From Alphaproteobacteria bacterium (GTDB lineage Bacteria; Pseudomonadota; Alphaproteobacteria; UBA828), in the NCBI GenBank assembly GCA_965214705.1, contig CBDCCI010000002.1, positions 544,001-608,000 of the forward strand: a stretch of 64,000 nt of DNA, written 5' to 3'. Positions 21,629 to 31,450 of this stretch are shown one piece after another. Each line of letters begins with the position of its first letter. Position 1 is the first letter of the stretch. The position numbers were made by a program, and so were the translations under genes. The notes below the pieces were generated by a model, which ran no database searches, was not told the DNA's origin, and was given only the letters and a program-made list of their open reading frames with translations.

Positions 21629-22619
21629 CATTTACGAAGGCGTTCGAAAGCTGCCGCCGGGCACGTACGTCAGGATGGCCGTCGGCGCTTCAGGCCAGCA
21701 TGCGGGCGAACTGACGGAACCGCGGCCGTACTGGTCTTTGCGGGACGTGATGACCGCGGGCCGGGCCGAACCGTTCGAGGGCGCTCCCGAAGAAGCGGTG
21801 GACGTCCTGAACGACCTGTTGCTGCGGGCGGTCCGCCGGCAGATGGCAGCGGACGTTCCGCTTGGCGCGTTCCTGTCCGGTGGGATCGATTCGTCGGCCG
21901 TCGTCGCATTGATGCAGGCGCAATCCACGCGGCCGGTGCGGACGTTCACCATCGGATTCGATGAAGTCGAATACGACGAAGCGCCGTACGCCAAGGCTGT
22001 GGCAAGCCATCTGGGAACCGAACATACGGAGTTGTACGTCTCGGCGCGCCAGGCGCTGGACGTCATTCCGCGCTTGCCGAATCTATTCGACGAGCCCTTT
22101 GCCGATGCCTCGCAGATCCCGACCTTTCTTGTCGCCGCGTTGGCGCGCCGGCAAGTGACCGTGGCCCTGTCCGGGAACGGTGGTGACGAGCTGTTCGGCG
22201 GCTATGATGATCGTTATTCTTTGACGTCACGAATATGGACGTCACGGCGCAGGCGCTGGATGTCCAACGTGCCGTTGCCGCTACGCCGCATCGGCGCGGG
22301 CACGATCCTGACGTTCGTCGCCCCGGAATCGCACACCACGTTGCCGGGCCGCTTGCTTCGCCGGCTACCCGCAGCTTATGGGCGGCGCTGGACACTTGGC
22401 AGGATCCGCAAGCTGGCGGCACTGGTCACCTGCCGGACACGGGAAGAGTTTTATTGGCGCAGCCTCTCGCACTGGCTGAATCCGGCCGTGATCGTCCGCG
22501 GAACTTCCTTACCCGAAACCGTTGTGAGCGAAGCTACAAGCTGCGCGGATGCGTTGGAATTCGCAGAGTGGATGATGGCAGCCGACACCCTGAGTTATAC
22601 CAAGCGCGTTCCAAATTGA
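19248..22619 (+). CDS. Putative DDE transposase (about 790 aa, N-terminal HTH) reading through its TIR into the AsnB synthetase domain
   Basis: VDGH, FDREG and RWSQENFFK acidic motifs; no stop before the right TIR (RGQEVC|IYEGVRKL). Confidence 0.8.
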   Translation: MPMTLPLCPPEAVPIGNSCFAVLISDDTFTYFSNLVPFDSHPADDRAAMLMRIGRLAVISAVSPQHLADAFCVSRSTVQRARRRYLAEGEAAFLKPRRGRGPSVFTPALAERATALLEAGLSGAAVARVLGVSVASVHQWRRRGLIGKAVSGQEPAGSAVGAPSERPVDNEADDAGRAEASDAQPLTEPAQSRSPGPIDAGPQTDRSARDRRDRQAPMGRATCDVSGRVLASCGQAGPVDPQFGSAARGVRSGSVLTALPALLKEGLLAATEVLPPLPKGYYGLNTLLLFLAFMTLARVRNPESLRYQPPGEWGAILGLDRCPEVKTLRRKIALIANDEAGVRAWQLALARRWQADEPELWATLAVDGHVKVYAGRKGRLPKHFVSRQKLCLPASASYWINALGGKPLLCLHKTLDPKMVAAIEADVVPALQDLGIVDAQAPDLTAEAPGHPALTLVFDREGWSPELFRRLARRGIACLTWHKNFSGEDWPVEDFSATTVPIHGPATSGTATLRLAEKPVMLPNGFRVRQIRRLLDNGRQIPFIVTDPHKPMGEAAGAMVSRWSQENFFKYMRDEFNLDALPTHQLEPLAPDTMVVNPLRRAYDKAIRSAERRLARLRNRIAGAARKKRPTAQLRSEVRDLEGALEIAKASRRNVPKHCRAGDLDEDRQLDALPSRDRLLLDVIRMIAYRAETRMMLPVMQGQGKKPHPRKLLQALMAADADILPDPANGVLRVHILGLANDACDRQIDALLSELNATETVFPGTELRMLYEVAAAPESTQTASPQISRGQEVCIYEGVRKLPPGTYVRMAVGASGQHAGELTEPRPYWSLRDVMTAGRAEPFEGAPEEAVDVLNDLLLRAVRRQMAADVPLGAFLSGGIDSSAVVALMQAQSTRPVRTFTIGFDEVEYDEAPYAKAVASHLGTEHTELYVSARQALDVIPRLPNLFDEPFADASQIPTFLVAALARRQVTVALSGNGGDELFGGYDDRYSLTSRIWTSRRRRWMSNVPLPLRRIGAGTILTFVAPESHTTLPGRLLRRLPAAYGRRWTLGRIRKLAALVTCRTREEFYWRSLSHWLNPAVIVRGTSLPETVVSEATSCADALEFAEWMMAADTLSYTKRVPN

Positions 22620-23407
22620 CTCACCGGCCCACTATGTTGTGGTGACGAGCTGGACCACCTCCATAGACTGTGGTGGTCGACTCACCAGCGTCGGAGGAGG
22701 ACGATGAGTGCGGCAACGCCGATAACCTGGACGGAACACACGGCGGACGAGGTCCATGAGCTGGCAAAGCACTGCGGGGACGCCAAGCAAGCCTCGCGCG
22801 CGCGTGCGATCGCGATGATCATGGATGGCGCGTCTCGTACGGAGGCGGCGCGGGCGCAGGGCATGGAGCTTCAAATCCTGCGCGACTGGGTGTTGCGCTA
22901 CAACGCGGAGGGCTTCGACGGCCTTGCGGATCGTCCTCGCGGCGGGAGCGAGGGCCGGTTGACGGAGGCGCAAATCGCCGAGGTCGGCGCGTGGCTCAAG
23001 GCGGGTCCCGATCTTGAGCGGGACGGGGTGACGCGCTGGCGGGTTCAGGACATCGTCGGGAAAATCGAGGAGGCCTTCGGGGTCATCTATACGGAGAGCG
23101 GCGCCCGTATGATGCTCCGGAGGGCCGGGTTTCGCTTTGTCTCGGGACGACCGGTCCACCCCAAAGCCGATCAAGAGCGGCAGAAGGAGTTCGTGACGGA
23201 CTTCGAGGCAACGTTGGCGTCGATGCTCAGCCCTGAGGCGCTGGCGGGTCCGATCGAGATCTGGTTCAAGGACGAAGCGCGCGTCGGCCAGAAGGGGATG
23301 ACGACGCGGGTGTGGGCGCATGGGAAGCAGCGTCCGCGCATCGTGCGCGACCATCGCTATGGCTACGTCTATCTGTTCGGCGCCACCTGCGCACAGCGCG
23401 GCGTCGG
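22598..23407 (+). mobile_element. IS630-family element, 3'-truncated (transposase starts at 22704)
   Basis: Begins at a TA in asnB; HTH WVLRYNAEG and WFKDEARVGQKG; joined directly to an asnB C-terminal segment. Confidence 0.82.
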
Positions 23408-23739
23408 CACAGTCTCGAGACGCGCGCACCACTCCTGGATCACCAGGTCATGGAATTCGTCTGGCGTTTGCCGTTGTCGTTCAGGATCCGCAGCAACGAG
23501 AGCAAATGGATCCTGCGGCAGGTGCTCTTCAGGTACGTGCCGATGCGGCTCGTCGATCGGCCGAAAGCGGGATTCGGTGTGCCGCTCGCCTCGTGGCTGC
23601 GTGGTCCTCTCCGGGACTGGGCGGAAGCCTTGCTCGACGAACGGCGGCTTCGGGAGGAGGGGTTTTTCGATCCCGCCCCGGTTCGCCAAACGTGGGGCGC
23701 ATTCCTGAGAGTGCACGATAATGCGGAGCAACGCCTCTG

Positions 23740-25899
23740 CCCAAGTTGGCACTTTTTCCGACCAGCCGAGCCTGTTCGAGCCAGTTTTGCGGCGCTGAAC
23801 CACTAGATGTTGGGGTTGGAGGACACCTGAGACCCACATTTGCCATTCGTGGTCCTGGAAGCCAATTGTGGGGCCAGGACTTTGGAGTTGAGTCGATATC
23901 CCTCTTGCCAGATGCCGCGAACGCCGTGTATGCGAAACAGGCATCGCAGAAACGGCGCCGCCATGTACATCAAGGCAACCAGGACACACACCGACAAGGC
24001 CGGCCAGCCGGTCCGAAGCCATCGCCTCGTGCTCGCCCAGCGCGTCGGCGACAAGGTGCGCCACAGGACGCTGCTCAATCTCGGCACCGACTATCCGGTG
24101 CCGCGCGAGAAGTGGAAGGCCGTCACCGAACTCGCCGAGGCGCTGCTTCACGGCAAGCCGCCGCTGTTCGAGGGCGAGGCGGATGTGCGGGCCGCAGCCG
24201 AGGACATCGTCGCCAAGCTCAGGGCCAGGGGGTTCCGCGTCGAGGCGATGCAGGAAGAGGCGCGCAAGCCCGACATCGCCACCGTCGACCTCGATACCCT
24301 GGAGCACGAGAACCCGCGCACGGTCGGCTGCGAGCGCCTGTGCCTCAAGGCCCTCGACGCCCTCGGCTTCGCCGAAATCCTCCACGGCCTCGACATCAAG
24401 GGCCGCGACGGGCGCATCGCCAGCGCGCTGATCGTCGCCAGGATGGTCCATCCCGCCAGCGAGCGTGATACCAGCCGCTGGCTCCGCCACGACAGCGCGG
24501 CCGCCGAGCTCCTGGGCCTGGAGGGCGACCGCAAGGCGCTGCGGCGCAAGACGCTCTACCGCATCGGCGACCTGCTCTGGCGCCACCGCGCCGCCATCCA
24601 GCGGGAGCTGTTCAACCGTGAGCGCGCACTGCTCGACCTGCCCGAGACGATCGCCTTCTACGATCTCACCAACGTCCACTACCACGGCCACACGGGCGGC
24701 GAGCTTCCCAGGTTCGGGCGCTCCAAGCAGAAGCGCGACGACTGTCCCCTCATCACGCTGGCGCTGGCGCTCGACGGCGCGGGCTTCCCGCGCAGTTGCG
24801 AGATCCTGCCGGGCAACGTGAGCGAGCCGGGCACGCTGCACGAGGCGCTGGCGCGGCTCGAGGCGGTGTGCGGCGGCACGGCGCCGAAGCCCACGGTGGT
24901 CATGGACGCGGGCATCGCCACCGAGAAAAACATCGCGTGGCTGGGCGAGCAGGGCTACGACTGGATCGCGGTCAGCCGCGGTGCCAGGCCTGCGCCGCCC
25001 GAGGGCGGACCCGAGGCCCTGCTGATCACCAGCGCGCGCCACGAGGTGCGGGCCTGGCGGCTTGCCAGCGAGGACGGCGAGGCGCGGCTCTACGTCGTCA
25101 GCGAGGGCAAGAAGAAGGCCGAGAACGCGATCATCGGCCTGAGGCGGAACCGCTTCGAGGCGGCGCTGGAAAGGCTCCACGGCGGCCTTGCGGTCAAGGG
25201 CCGCCTCAAGCGCTACGACAAGGTGCTGGAGAGCATAGGCCGCCTCAAGCAGCGCTTCTCCGCCGTCGCCAGGCACTACGAGATCACGGTCGAGAGGGCG
25301 AAAACCGGCCCCAATGCCACCGCCGTGCGCTTCAAGCGCAGGCCGCGATACGACGAGGCCGATGAGGGCGCCGGTGCCTATGTGCTGCGCACCAGCCACG
25401 TCGACTGGGACATCGAGACGGTCCTGCGGACGTACTGGCGGATCACGGATATCGAGGCGACATTCCGGAGCCTGAAATCCGAGCTCGGCCTTCGCCCGAT
25501 CTGGCACCAGCTCGACCGGCGCATCGCGGCCCACCTGCTGATCGCCGTGCTGGCCTACCACGCCGTGCATCTGATCCGTACCCGGCTGGCCGCGCGCGGC
25601 ATCCACAAGTGCTGGGCGTCGATCCGCGAGAGCATGCGGACCTGGGTGCGGATCACCACGCGCCTGCGCCAGACCGACGGCACCTTGATCGTCAACCGCC
25701 AGGACACGCGCCCGGCCGCCGAGGTTGCCGCAATCTCCTCGGCGGCGGGCGTGGACCCCGCCATCCACCGCACGAGGACCCGTCTGATGAGCTGACAGAA
25801 TCTCACAAAATGTGGGGCCATGTTGGAATCGACCGAGAAAAATATCGCGTTGAATCAAACCAATAGGGAACACAGGCAGCGGAAAAGTGCCAACTTGGG
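23740..25899 (+). mobile_element. IS1634-like element
   Basis: TIR CCCAAGTTGGCACTTT; 4-bp duplication TCTG; removing it restores QRLWNIL. Confidence 0.9.
23963..25795 (+). CDS. IS1634-family transposase
   Basis: FYDLT, GRSKQKRDD, VMDAG, IEATFRSLKSELGLRPIWH. Confidence 0.88.
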   Translation: MYIKATRTHTDKAGQPVRSHRLVLAQRVGDKVRHRTLLNLGTDYPVPREKWKAVTELAEALLHGKPPLFEGEADVRAAAEDIVAKLRARGFRVEAMQEEARKPDIATVDLDTLEHENPRTVGCERLCLKALDALGFAEILHGLDIKGRDGRIASALIVARMVHPASERDTSRWLRHDSAAAELLGLEGDRKALRRKTLYRIGDLLWRHRAAIQRELFNRERALLDLPETIAFYDLTNVHYHGHTGGELPRFGRSKQKRDDCPLITLALALDGAGFPRSCEILPGNVSEPGTLHEALARLEAVCGGTAPKPTVVMDAGIATEKNIAWLGEQGYDWIAVSRGARPAPPEGGPEALLITSARHEVRAWRLASEDGEARLYVVSEGKKKAENAIIGLRRNRFEAALERLHGGLAVKGRLKRYDKVLESIGRLKQRFSAVARHYEITVERAKTGPNATAVRFKRRPRYDEADEGAGAYVLRTSHVDWDIETVLRTYWRITDIEATFRSLKSELGLRPIWHQLDRRIAAHLLIAVLAYHAVHLIRTRLAARGIHKCWASIRESMRTWVRITTRLRQTDGTLIVNRQDTRPAAEVAAISSAAGVDPAIHRTRTRLMS

Positions 25900-25937
25900 T
25901 CTGGAACATCCTGATGTTCCAGGCATGGCTGGAACGT

Positions 25938-27269
25938 TCACCCGCTGCCGAGCGCGGCGCGGAATGCCCGCCAGGCGGAGACCGCGTCGCCGGGTCGCGG
26001 CAGCCAGATTGAGAGCCAGCCCATTCCAGTCGCTCTTCCGAACGCCGCCGCGAGAAGGAGGAATCGGCAGCTCATGCCGAGGGTCAGCCCCCAGGCCGCG
26101 GCTTCGACGCCGACCGCCGGATAGAGCGCGGGAATCGCAATGAGGTTCGCTACCAAGCCCAAGGAGACAGCCCAGGAAACGACGCCCGGACGGTCGATGG
26201 CCTTGAAATAGGTTCCAAGTATGCCGGCGCAGGCGTTGGCGAGCACTCCGGGGGCGACGATCCACAGCAGCGGGACCGCCGGCAGGAAGGCCTCCGAGAA
26301 CAGGATCCGGACCAGCGGCTCGCTTACCGCCAGCACGGCGAGACTCGCGACCGCGGTGCCGCACAAGACGACGCGCAGGCAGAGCGTCGTCAGTTCCGGG
26401 CGGCCGCTGCCGGCGATGCGGGGCAGCAGCGCGTTGCCGACCGCGTCCGAGATCATTTTCAGCCGGAACACGAGAGCGCTCGCGGTTGCGAACAGGCCGA
26501 TTTCCGTCTGGCTTGCGAACAGCCCGAGAATGAGAACCCCCGCGCTCATCTCCAGCGCGCCGCCTAGGCCCGCGGGATGGAACCGCAGGCCATAGCCGAC
26601 GATACGCGCGGAAGGGGCGTGGAACGGATTGGCCAGAACCAGCCCGTGACGTCGCCGCAGGAGCCGCGCGCACAAGGCTATCGTGCAGCCATGCGCGGCA
26701 ATGACCGCCGCGACGGCGCCGTCCACCCCCAGCCGCCCGGCCCAGAGGAGGACCAGCAGAATGAGGATGTTCACGGCGACATGCAGCAGGGAGAACGCCG
26801 CGAGATGTCCGAAGCGCCGTAGCGCGGCGAGTTGGCGCTCCATGGCCATTGAGAACGCCATGACGGGAACCAGGGCGAGCGCCACGTAGAACGAGCGCGT
26901 CTCGGCCTGCTGGAAGAACGTCATCTCGCTGTGGACGAACGGAGCCGCCAGTGCGATCGCGAAGACCCCGCCGGCGAGGCAGATCGCCAAGGCGGCGCAG
27001 ACGCCTTCCGAGACGGTCGCCTGATTCGTCATGACAAAATATTGCGCGCCTTCTCGCGCCCCCGGCGTGAAGAGCACGCCGAGAACACCTGCGAACACCA
27101 CGCACAGGGCGAAGCTGCCTCGTCCTTCCGGCAACAGCGTGTAGGCCAGAATACTCTGGATCGCGAGGCCGAAGATGACCTTGCCGACACCGGTCGCGAA
27201 CACGATGGCTGTGTCCCGTCCGCCGCTCGTGCGCGGATCGGGCGGCCTGTCCGGCTCTTGCGGCGTCAT
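25938..27269 (-). CDS. Wzx-like oligosaccharide flippase
   Basis: About 440 aa with many hydrophobic segments; LLPEGRGSFAL early motif; last gene of the glycosyltransferase operon. Confidence 0.8.
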   Translation of the reverse strand: MTPQEPDRPPDPRTSGGRDTAIVFATGVGKVIFGLAIQSILAYTLLPEGRGSFALCVVFAGVLGVLFTPGAREGAQYFVMTNQATVSEGVCAALAICLAGGVFAIALAAPFVHSEMTFFQQAETRSFYVALALVPVMAFSMAMERQLAALRRFGHLAAFSLLHVAVNILILLVLLWAGRLGVDGAVAAVIAAHGCTIALCARLLRRRHGLVLANPFHAPSARIVGYGLRFHPAGLGGALEMSAGVLILGLFASQTEIGLFATASALVFRLKMISDAVGNALLPRIAGSGRPELTTLCLRVVLCGTAVASLAVLAVSEPLVRILFSEAFLPAVPLLWIVAPGVLANACAGILGTYFKAIDRPGVVSWAVSLGLVANLIAIPALYPAVGVEAAAWGLTLGMSCRFLLLAAAFGRATGMGWLSIWLPRPGDAVSAWRAFRAALGSG

Positions 27270-27282
27270 GGCTTCGACAGCA

Positions 27283-28533
27283 CTATCGCCTCGCCAGCTT
27301 CCGGAACAGCGCGACGTAGGCCTCGGCGGCCTTTTCGGGGGAGAAGTCGGCGGCGCGGCGCGTAAGCGCTTCCTCCGTCGGGTGAGCGCCGCGCAGCGTC
27401 TCGACCAGTGCCCGCGCCAGCGCCGGCGCGTCGCCCACCGGCGGCAACTCGCCCCAATCCCCAAGGATCTCGCGCGGACCGTAGGGCGTGTCGGTGCTGA
27501 CCACCGGCGTGCCGCAGGCCAGTGCCTCGATGACCACGGTCGGCAGACCCTCCCAGCGCGAGGACAGCGCGAGCAGCCTCGCCCGCCGCATGTAGCGGAA
27601 CGGGTTCTCGTCGAAGTCCACGAAGCCGAGGTCTTCCTCCGCGCCATGGCCCCTCGCCAGGGACTTGAGCCTTTGCCGGTAGGGGGCCGAGAGCTTGCCG
27701 AGGATAACCAGCCGCGCGTTCACCTCGCGCCGCGCCAAACCGAACGCCTCCACCAAGGTGGGGTGGTCCTTCTGCCGCGCCTCACGCCCGACGCTCAGGA
27801 TCACCGGCGGCTCGCCGTCCGCGAACCACGGATGCGTGACTTCCTCCCGCGCCAGGCGCCATATGCTGTCGGCAGGGATGGGGTTGTAGATAGCGTGGAC
27901 ACGACCGGCGTCCACGCCCACGAACCGCCGCACGGACTCCGCCACGCCCCTGGACACCGATACCACGGCGTCGGCCAGCGGATAGAGCGTCCGGGCCGCC
28001 GCCCGCCAATGCGGCGCATAGCCGGCGGCAACATTGTTGCGCACTGTGATCACCGTCGGGACGGCCCGGCCCGTCAGTTCGGCGGCGCAGACCGCAATGG
28101 CGTTGGGGCCCATATTCGCCGACACCAGCACATCGGGACGTTCCTCGCGAAGGTAGCGGGCCAGAACATGGGCGTAGGGATAGACGGAGCGCATGCCGCT
28201 GCCGCGTATGACCGGTATGCCGGGATGCTTCCGGGCGAGAGCCAGCCAGTCGCGCGCGGCGCCGACGGGGTTGACGGTCATTGCTTCCACCTCGATTCCT
28301 GCCCGCTGAAGCTCCCGCAAATACGCCCTGTCTGTGCCGGGAACCCGCGCCCGCCAGACACGCATTCCACCGGGTATCGCCGCCAGGTAGTCTCCTGCGA
28401 ACCGGGGGATCACCAAGTCCACCCGATATCCTCGTTCGATGAGTGACCGCGCCAAGCGGAGAATGTTGCGCTCCGCTCCGCCGCCGGCCAGACTGGTCAG
28501 CAGGAAGCAGACATGGAGTTTGACCGACCTCAC
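27283..28533 (-). CDS. GT4 glycosyltransferase, paralog 1
   Basis: GGGAER, VGR...QKD, WEGLPTVVIEALACGTPVVSTD; GTG start overlaps the upstream TGA. Confidence 0.92.
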   Translation of the reverse strand: MRSVKLHVCFLLTSLAGGGAERNILRLARSLIERGYRVDLVIPRFAGDYLAAIPGGMRVWRARVPGTDRAYLRELQRAGIEVEAMTVNPVGAARDWLALARKHPGIPVIRGSGMRSVYPYAHVLARYLREERPDVLVSANMGPNAIAVCAAELTGRAVPTVITVRNNVAAGYAPHWRAAARTLYPLADAVVSVSRGVAESVRRFVGVDAGRVHAIYNPIPADSIWRLAREEVTHPWFADGEPPVILSVGREARQKDHPTLVEAFGLARREVNARLVILGKLSAPYRQRLKSLARGHGAEEDLGFVDFDENPFRYMRRARLLALSSRWEGLPTVVIEALACGTPVVSTDTPYGPREILGDWGELPPVGDAPALARALVETLRGAHPTEEALTRRAADFSPEKAAEAYVALFRKLARR

Positions 28534-29029
28534 CGCGCGCGTTCCCTCACCAACTCCTCGAACAGCGCGACGTAGGCCTCGGCGGCTTTTTCGGGGGAGA
28601 AGTCGGCGGCGCGGCGCGTAAGCGCTTCCTCCGTCGGGTGAGCGCCGCGCAGCGTCCCGACCAGCGCCCGCGCCAGCGCCGGCGCGTCGCCCACCGGCGG
28701 CAGATCGCCCCAACCCCCAAGGATCTCGCGCGGGCCGTAGGGCGTGTCGGTGCTGACCACCGGCGTGCCGCAGGCCAGTGCCTCGATGACCACCGTCGGC
28801 AGACCCTCCCAGCGCGAGGAGAGCGCGAGCAGCGCCGCCCGCCGCATGTAGCGGAACGGGTTCTCGTCGAAGTCCACGAAGCCGAGGTCTCCCTCCACGT
28901 CATGGCCCCGCGCCAGGGACTTGAGCCTTGCCCGGTAGGGTGCCGAGAGCCGGCCGAGGATGACCAGTCGCGCGTTCGCCTCCCGCCTCGCCAGCCCGAA
29001 CGCTTCCACCAGGGTGGGGTAGTCCTTTT

Positions 29030-30695
29030 GTAACTGCCCAGGTCGCTTACTGAGGTGATTCCGGTGTTGGGGAGTTCTTGCCCGGTAGGCTCACGCGCAC
29101 TTGACGGTGGCGATGAGTTGGTCCGATGGGCTGATCAGGGCTTCGATGATGTTCCAGCCCTGCTTTCTGGCGGTGGTGATCACGCTGCGCAGGATGGCGA
29201 AGTTCTCGGCCCCCTTTGCGGATCGGAAGCCGCCGGAGATCTTCTGGCGCAGCTTCATCATCCGCAGGTCGCGCTCGGCCTCGTTGTTGGTAAACGCCAC
29301 TTCGGGGTCGGTCAGGAAGCGGAGAACCGCGCATTTTCGATCGCGCAGGCGCAGGGCGAGGTTGTGGCCGATCCGCCGCTTCTTGCGTCCCCGCTTTCCG
29401 GGCTTGGGAGGCGAGAGCGGCGGCTGGCTCTCGTGGAAGGCCAGCGCCTCGGCAATGATCTCGTCGTATCGGCGCTCGATCAGCGCCACAAGCGTCGCCG
29501 GAACGGCGATATCCTTGTCCTGCGCGATCCGGGCGGCGCGATTGGCCCGGCGCAGGAGCTGCTGCATGCGTCCGGCCCAGCCTTCCCCTTCGATGTCCAC
29601 CAGCGCCTGCAACTCCCGCAGGTGGTGGGCGTTGCACAAGCCGTGCTCCACCCCCTCCAACGTGAAGTACGGCTTCCAGTGATCGTGAACGACGATACCG
29701 GAAACACCCAAGAGCAGGTCGCCGCGCTTGGCGCTGACCCGGAATGCCGCCAGATGCGGCGTGCAGATCACATGGAGCCACTGCGTTTGCCCGCCAATCC
29801 GGAACCCGGTCTCGTCGAGGTGCTTCACCCGCGCCGTGCCCGCCGCAAGCTCCTGTATGTGGGTGGCAACTCCCCGCAGCCGATCGGCCGCCCTCTCGCT
29901 CATCGCCGCCAGTGTCGCAGCCGTCACCGGCGCGCCGAACAGCTCCGCCATCACCTGCGACAGCCGGTCCTCCGGCAGGAAGTGGGCGTGCTGAAGGTAG
30001 ACCGCCACGCCTGCAATGCGCGACCCGTACTGCACCGGTGCCGACACCCCCTCGGGGAACGCTGCACGGGTCAGCGTGCCGCAATGCCCGCAGCACTTGG
30101 CATGCGCCCGGTGCTCGGTCACCTCCAGCGCACGCGCCTCGGGCAGGTCGAAGACCTGGCGGGCGTGCGACACCCCTGCCGTGGCCGCCGCCGACAGGGA
30201 CGAACCGCATCCCTCGCAGGCAGCCGGAACGTGGTTCTCCACCCGGTCCGGGTGATCCGTGCGGCGCAACGTCTCGCCCTTGTGGCCGGGCTGACCGCCC
30301 GGCTTGCGCCCCGATTTGCCCCGCTGGCTTTGGGTCCGCCGCTTGGCCCTCGGCTTCTTCAACCCATCGCTCGACGGCGGCTTGGCGCTGTTGCGACTGC
30401 TCAGTCCGAGACGGCGTTCCAACTCCTCGATACGCTCGACAAGACGCGTGTTTTGTTCCTCCAGCCGCGCATTCTGCTGCCGAAGCCAGGCGTTCTCCTC
30501 CTCCAGGCGAGCGATCTTCTGCTCGGAACTTTCGGGCCGTGCCCCCGTTGAAGGGCCGCGCGGCGACTCGGGATTGCTCATGTCGTTGTTGAGTCATTTT
30601 CCGAAACTTCCGTCAACCCCCTCGTGTCAACTCCAAACTGGCCGTGCCTCAACCCCAAGGTTCAAAATGACAAATCAGACAACCTGGGCAGTTAC
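29030..30695 (-). mobile_element. IS66-family element, single-ORF (ISBst12-like) type
   Basis: TIR GTAACTGCCCAGGT; 8-bp duplication GTCCTTTT. Confidence 0.93.
29091..30581 (-). CDS. IS66-family transposase
   Basis: SRNSAKPPSSD, GGQPGHKG, LDETG, CNAHHLREL, TNNEAERDLR. Confidence 0.93.
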   Translation of the reverse strand: MSNPESPRGPSTGARPESSEQKIARLEEENAWLRQQNARLEEQNTRLVERIEELERRLGLSSRNSAKPPSSDGLKKPRAKRRTQSQRGKSGRKPGGQPGHKGETLRRTDHPDRVENHVPAACEGCGSSLSAAATAGVSHARQVFDLPEARALEVTEHRAHAKCCGHCGTLTRAAFPEGVSAPVQYGSRIAGVAVYLQHAHFLPEDRLSQVMAELFGAPVTAATLAAMSERAADRLRGVATHIQELAAGTARVKHLDETGFRIGGQTQWLHVICTPHLAAFRVSAKRGDLLLGVSGIVVHDHWKPYFTLEGVEHGLCNAHHLRELQALVDIEGEGWAGRMQQLLRRANRAARIAQDKDIAVPATLVALIERRYDEIIAEALAFHESQPPLSPPKPGKRGRKKRRIGHNLALRLRDRKCAVLRFLTDPEVAFTNNEAERDLRMMKLRQKISGGFRSAKGAENFAILRSVITTARKQGWNIIEALISPSDQLIATVKCA

Positions 30696-31450
30696 GTCCT
30701 TTTGGGCCGCCTCGCGCCCGACGCTCAGAATCACCGGCGGCTTGCCGTCCGCGAACCACGGATGCGTGACTTCTTCCTGCGCCAACCGGCGTATGCTGTC
30801 GGCGGGTACGCCGGTGTAGATGGTGCGAACGCGCGCGGTGTCCACCCCCAACGATCGCCGTACGGAGTCGCCCACGCCTCTGGACACCGCCACCACCGCG
30901 TCGGCCAGCGGATAGAGCGTCCGAGCAGCGGCCAGCCACTCCGGCGTATAGTCGGCGACGACGTTGGTGCGCACCGTGACCACCACCGGAACGGCCCGGT
31001 CCGTCAGCTCCGCGGCGCAGACCGCGGCGGTGTCGGCGCCCGGCAGCGCCGACACCAGCACATCAGGGCGCGCCTCACGAACGTACGTCGCGATCATGTA
31101 TGCATACGCATAGACGCGGTGACGACTTCGAACGGGTAGGTTGAAGTCTTTCCCGGCGAGAGCCAGCCAAGTGCGGGCGACACCGATGGGGTTGACGGTC
31201 GTCGCTTCCACCTCGACTCCCGCCTGCTGCACCTCCCGCAGCAGCTTCCTGTCGGTGCCGGGAAGCCGCGCCCGATAAACGCGCATTCCGCTGGGGACCG
31301 CGGCCCGGTAGTCTCCCGCGAATTTGGGGATCACCAGATCCGCCCGATGTCCGCGCTCGATGAGCGACCGCGCCAAGCGGAGAATATTGCGCTCCGCCCC
31401 GCCGGCGTTCAGGCTGGTGAGCATGAAGCCGACATGGAGTTTACCCGATC

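Larger units (their letters stand above)
18487..26012 (+). pseudogene. asnB: Asparagine synthase-like (glutamine-hydrolysing) amidotransferase, broken by three insertions
   Basis: MCGIAG, HRGPD, FNGEIYN (18487-19093); LSGGIDSS (21629-22597); SLETRAPLLD and KAGF (23408-23739); LWNILMFQAWL (from 25900). Confidence 0.92.

Noticed and set aside
23369-25909. Long antisense or alternate-frame ORFs (846 aa here; also 31940..34288, 48180..50588, 49186..51849)
   Set aside because: Shadows of GC-rich genes with no motifs of their own; 49186..51849 only includes the istB fragment.
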